Below are positions 60,700 to 64,000 of a DNA stretch of 64,000 bases, one piece after another. A program made the translations under genes and the position numbers. The notes under the pieces were generated by a model. It worked only from the letters and a program-made list of their open reading frames with translations. It did no database searches and had not been told where the DNA came from. Source of the DNA: Eledone cirrhosa (Eukaryota); contig OZ024740.1 of assembly GCA_964016885.1 (NCBI GenBank), positions 411,556,001-411,620,000 on the forward strand, read 5' to 3'. Position 1 is the stretch's first letter. Each line of letters opens with the position of its first letter.

Positions 60700-61640
60700 A
60701 GATAGATTTCTTTATTTGCCACAAGGGCGTACAAGAAAAGTGGACAATACAAAGACATGCCGGTAATTTTACATACAGTCGTGTAAAAAAATATAAAACA
60801 AACAATTACAACAATCGAAATCCCCAATAAGGGGGAAGCGCCACAAATGGGTTGTTTAATACCCCGTCGATAGAACAACCCTCAACTCCAGGAGCGTGTT
60901 GTGCAAGTGCTCCTTTCTTCCTTTTCTCTTCTTTAACCTACAGGCTTATAAACAGAGAAGGCCCAATCACTCAGGCCATTTTCGCTTCATTCACCCACCT
61001 TTCAGTAAATTTACTGGGGTGCAGTGCCTCTCTCTCCACCCTGATTCTCCTTCTAAAGTGATACTTAAAGAAGGGAATCAATTATTTTCCGGAGAGAAAG
61101 GCATCTGTCCTCAGTCCTCTCAATCTCGTCCACCATATAACTTCTTTCACCATAGCCCCTGTACAGAAGAAAACCGCCTCTCTTTCGTTTTTGAAAGGGG
61201 CTGGCGGTTTGATCCTTACTATGGACTCGGCAGTCAACTGAATTTGTCCCATACGCGACAGCAGTTGTTCTGCATAGTTCCACAGCTCGGTAACGCCCGG
61301 GCAGTGTACAATTGCGTGCAGGACTGTTTCAATGTCCTTCGCGCATCTTGGACACGTCCTCTTGGAAGGATCGCTGCCGGGGCGTCAGTGCCTGTAGATC
61401 TTGTCACGAACCGGTAGAGCTCGGTAGCACTGACAGGCCAGGGACCTCTGGAAGTTGTCCATAGGTCACGGGTACAAAGTCCTACCAAACAGACTGGTGA
61501 GCTCATCGTCTTCGACGCCCAGAGTCTCTCCGAGCACATCGTCGCCCTTGTAACGTACAATCCCTCTATAGAATGTCGAAATGGAGTCTCCATTGATTGC
61601 TGCGCCCGCTTGCCAGAGGACTGTGAGCGCCAGGTAGACA
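60700..61640 (-). mobile_element. L1/Tx1 LINE, copy 3 (degenerate 3' fragment)
   Basis: Homologous to the ORF2 C-terminus; ends CTTGTGGCAAATAAAGAAATCTATCTAT. Confidence 0.9.
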
Positions 61641-61669
61641 TATAGCTAGATACATTTATAGATAGATAG

Positions 61670-64000
61670 ATATGTTTCTTTTATTTGCCACCAGGGCATC
61701 AACAGTGGGACAAGTACAATGGGGGGAGTTTACAAAACAAGGCGTCCTCAATAAGGAGGAGGCAATAACAATATATAAAAATAAAATAAAATATAACAAA
61801 AATAAAATTTATAACAAAGTCCTCAATAGAGAGGAGGCGCCTTGGGGGGTCGCACACACCCCCGAAAAAAGTGTGCAACCCTTCTCCTCAGGAGCACAGA
61901 GAAGGGGTGCTCCCTTGGTCTTTCATCTTCCTCGCCTATAGTCTGATGTAGAGTGAAGGCCCATTCACACGGGCCATTCTCGCCACTTTCACCCATCTTT
62001 CATAGAAACGGCTGGGGTGCAGCACCTCTCTCTCCATCCTGATCCTTCTTCCGAAATGATATCGGAAGAAACGGACCAGTTGTTGGCCAGAGAGAAAGGT
62101 GTCTGACCTCAGTCCTTTCAGACGCGTCCACCATACAACCTCTTTCGCCATGGCTATTACGCACAGAAACACCGCCTCTCCTTCGTTTTTGAAGAGGGGA
62201 GGCGGCTTGATCGTTACAATAGACTCGGTGGTCAACCGGATCGGTCCCACCCTTGACAGCAGTTGTTCGACATAGCCCCACAGATCGGCAATGCCCGAGC
62301 GGTGTACCAATGCGTGTGCAACGGTTTCCTCGTCGCACACGCATCTGGGACAGACCTTTTTCGATGGGTCCCTACCCGGGCGCCCGTGTCTGTAGAGCCT
62401 TTCTCGAACGGGCAGAGCCCTTCTGTAGCATTGCCAGGCCAGGGACCTCTGGAAGTTATCCATGGGTCCCGGGCTGAATGTCCTACTGAACAGGTTGGCC
62501 AGTTCGTCTTCCTCCATGCCTAGGGCTTCTCCAAGGGCGTCGTCGCACCTGCTAACCACCAGCCCTCTATAGAATGACGAGGTGGATTCTCCACTGACAG
62601 CCGGGTCCGCCTGCCAGAGAGCCGTGAGCGCCTGGGCACACTCGGTGTGCCAGGCGCCCAGTTTTCTCGGTCTTTGCTTGACCCAGGATTGCAGCTCGGT
62701 GAGTGAGACGAGTCTTGGAAAGGCTCGCCTCACAAACGGGGCCCACACTGGTTGACCGGAGAGGAATACCTGAAGGTGCCGTAGCCTTAATGCGTGTTTA
62801 CGTATCATCAGCCACGGCATCCCCAGCCCTCCTTTCGAAGGGTGTTGACAGCAGATGGATCTCCTCACCATAGGAGCCCGCTTCTTCCAAAGGAATTGGA
62901 AGCGTGCGCGCTCCATTTTGGCGAGCGTTTCCCTTGGGCAAGGCACCACGGTCAGGCGGTAGTAGATGACGGACGCTATATAAGTGTTCGCCACCTCCGC
63001 CCGACCTTTCAGGGACAGTTTGCACTCGGCCCACTTCTGGGTCAGTGCAAACACACTGCTCGTCACCTCACCCCAGTTCTTCTCCACCTGGAGGTCTGGT
63101 CCGAACCAGACCCCGAGCAATTTCACCGGGCCCTCCGTCCAGCGCCCGACGACGCCATCGGAGGGCATCGATCTGCCCCTCCACGTGCCGAGTTGCAGAC
63201 CGATCGACTTGTCCCGGTTCAGCTTAGCCCCTGTAAACCTTTCGTACTCCTCCAGTAAGGTGCCGATCGCCCCGATTTCCGAGGCCGTCGACACCATTAC
63301 TGTTACGTCATCGGCGTAGGCTGACACCGCTTTCCGCAATCCCGGTTCCAACGGGATGCCCTGCAACAACTCCAGCTTCCGCAGCAGTGGCTCTAGAGTC
63401 ACTACATACAGAAGGGAGGAGAGAGGGCACCCCTGTCGGATGGACCGCGCGATTTCGAACGGCTCCGAGAGGTAGCCGTTCACCTTGACCCTAGAGCAGA
63501 TGCGGCTGCTGTGCATGGCATTGATCCAGCCCCTGAAAACGGGTCCGAAGCCTGCCGCCGCTAACACCGCATCCAGGTAACCATGGTCGACCCTATCGAA
63601 TGCCTTAGATTGATCCAAGTTGATCAGGGCCCCACCAAAGCCGGGTTCGTTCCCAACCCTCTCTATGATGTATCGCATGAGGTGGAGGTTATCGTGGATG
63701 GACCTGGACGGGATAGCACATGTCTGCGCATCTCCCACCAGGTTGCCCACGACAAGCGCCAGCCTCTTTGCTAACACCTTGGCCAAAATCTGTAACTCTG
63801 TATTTAGCAGAGTTATGGGCCTGAAATTATTTATATCGTCCCCCTTGTTCTCGTCCTTCCTCACTAGCGTGACTACGCCCTTGGTCACAGCACAGGGAAT
63901 TCTCCCGTTCTGTCGCCAGTTGCAGTAGACCGCCTCGAGGAGATCGGGGAACAAGTCCGGCATAGCTAGATATAGTTCGTATGGAAGACCATCGAGACCC
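61670..64000 (-). mobile_element. L1/Tx1 LINE, copy 4 (open RT and C-terminal ORF; continues beyond window)
   Basis: 675-aa open frame 61936-63963 with NFRPITLLN, LDQSKAFDRV, QGCPLS, YADD, GGLG, CPRC. 3' end GGTGGCAAATAAAAGAAAC next to (TCTA)n. Confidence 0.97.

Overview
AT-rich, microsatellite-saturated animal genomic DNA, most likely a coleoid cephalopod (octopus-like; inferred from the (TA)n load and the SINE/PLE content). The window lies inside one minus-strand nicotinic acetylcholine receptor alpha-subunit gene. Three in-phase exons are visible (60219-60328, 46650-47188, 11781-11971), plus a candidate 10-nt microexon; the first exons and the M4 exon were not found. The introns contain four L1/Tx1-type LINE copies, CRE, RTE and Tigger remnants, tRNA-derived SINEs and many Penelope-like elements (PLEs) of several families. 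Most PLE insertions sit in (TA)n as hairpins: an inverted arm, a central body and a family-specific unpaired ~45-90-nt tail. At least seven sequence families carry type I hammerhead ribozyme (HHR) folds, several with non-canonical cores (U3-A8, A4, U-U at the base of stem II). One non-coding ~500-nt HHR unit looks like a retrozyme. One Neptune-like PLE has TGA codons at two conserved zinc-linker cysteines, a possible selenocysteine recoding signal. Nearly all long ORFs made of Y/I/C/V/H/T are microsatellite artefacts.
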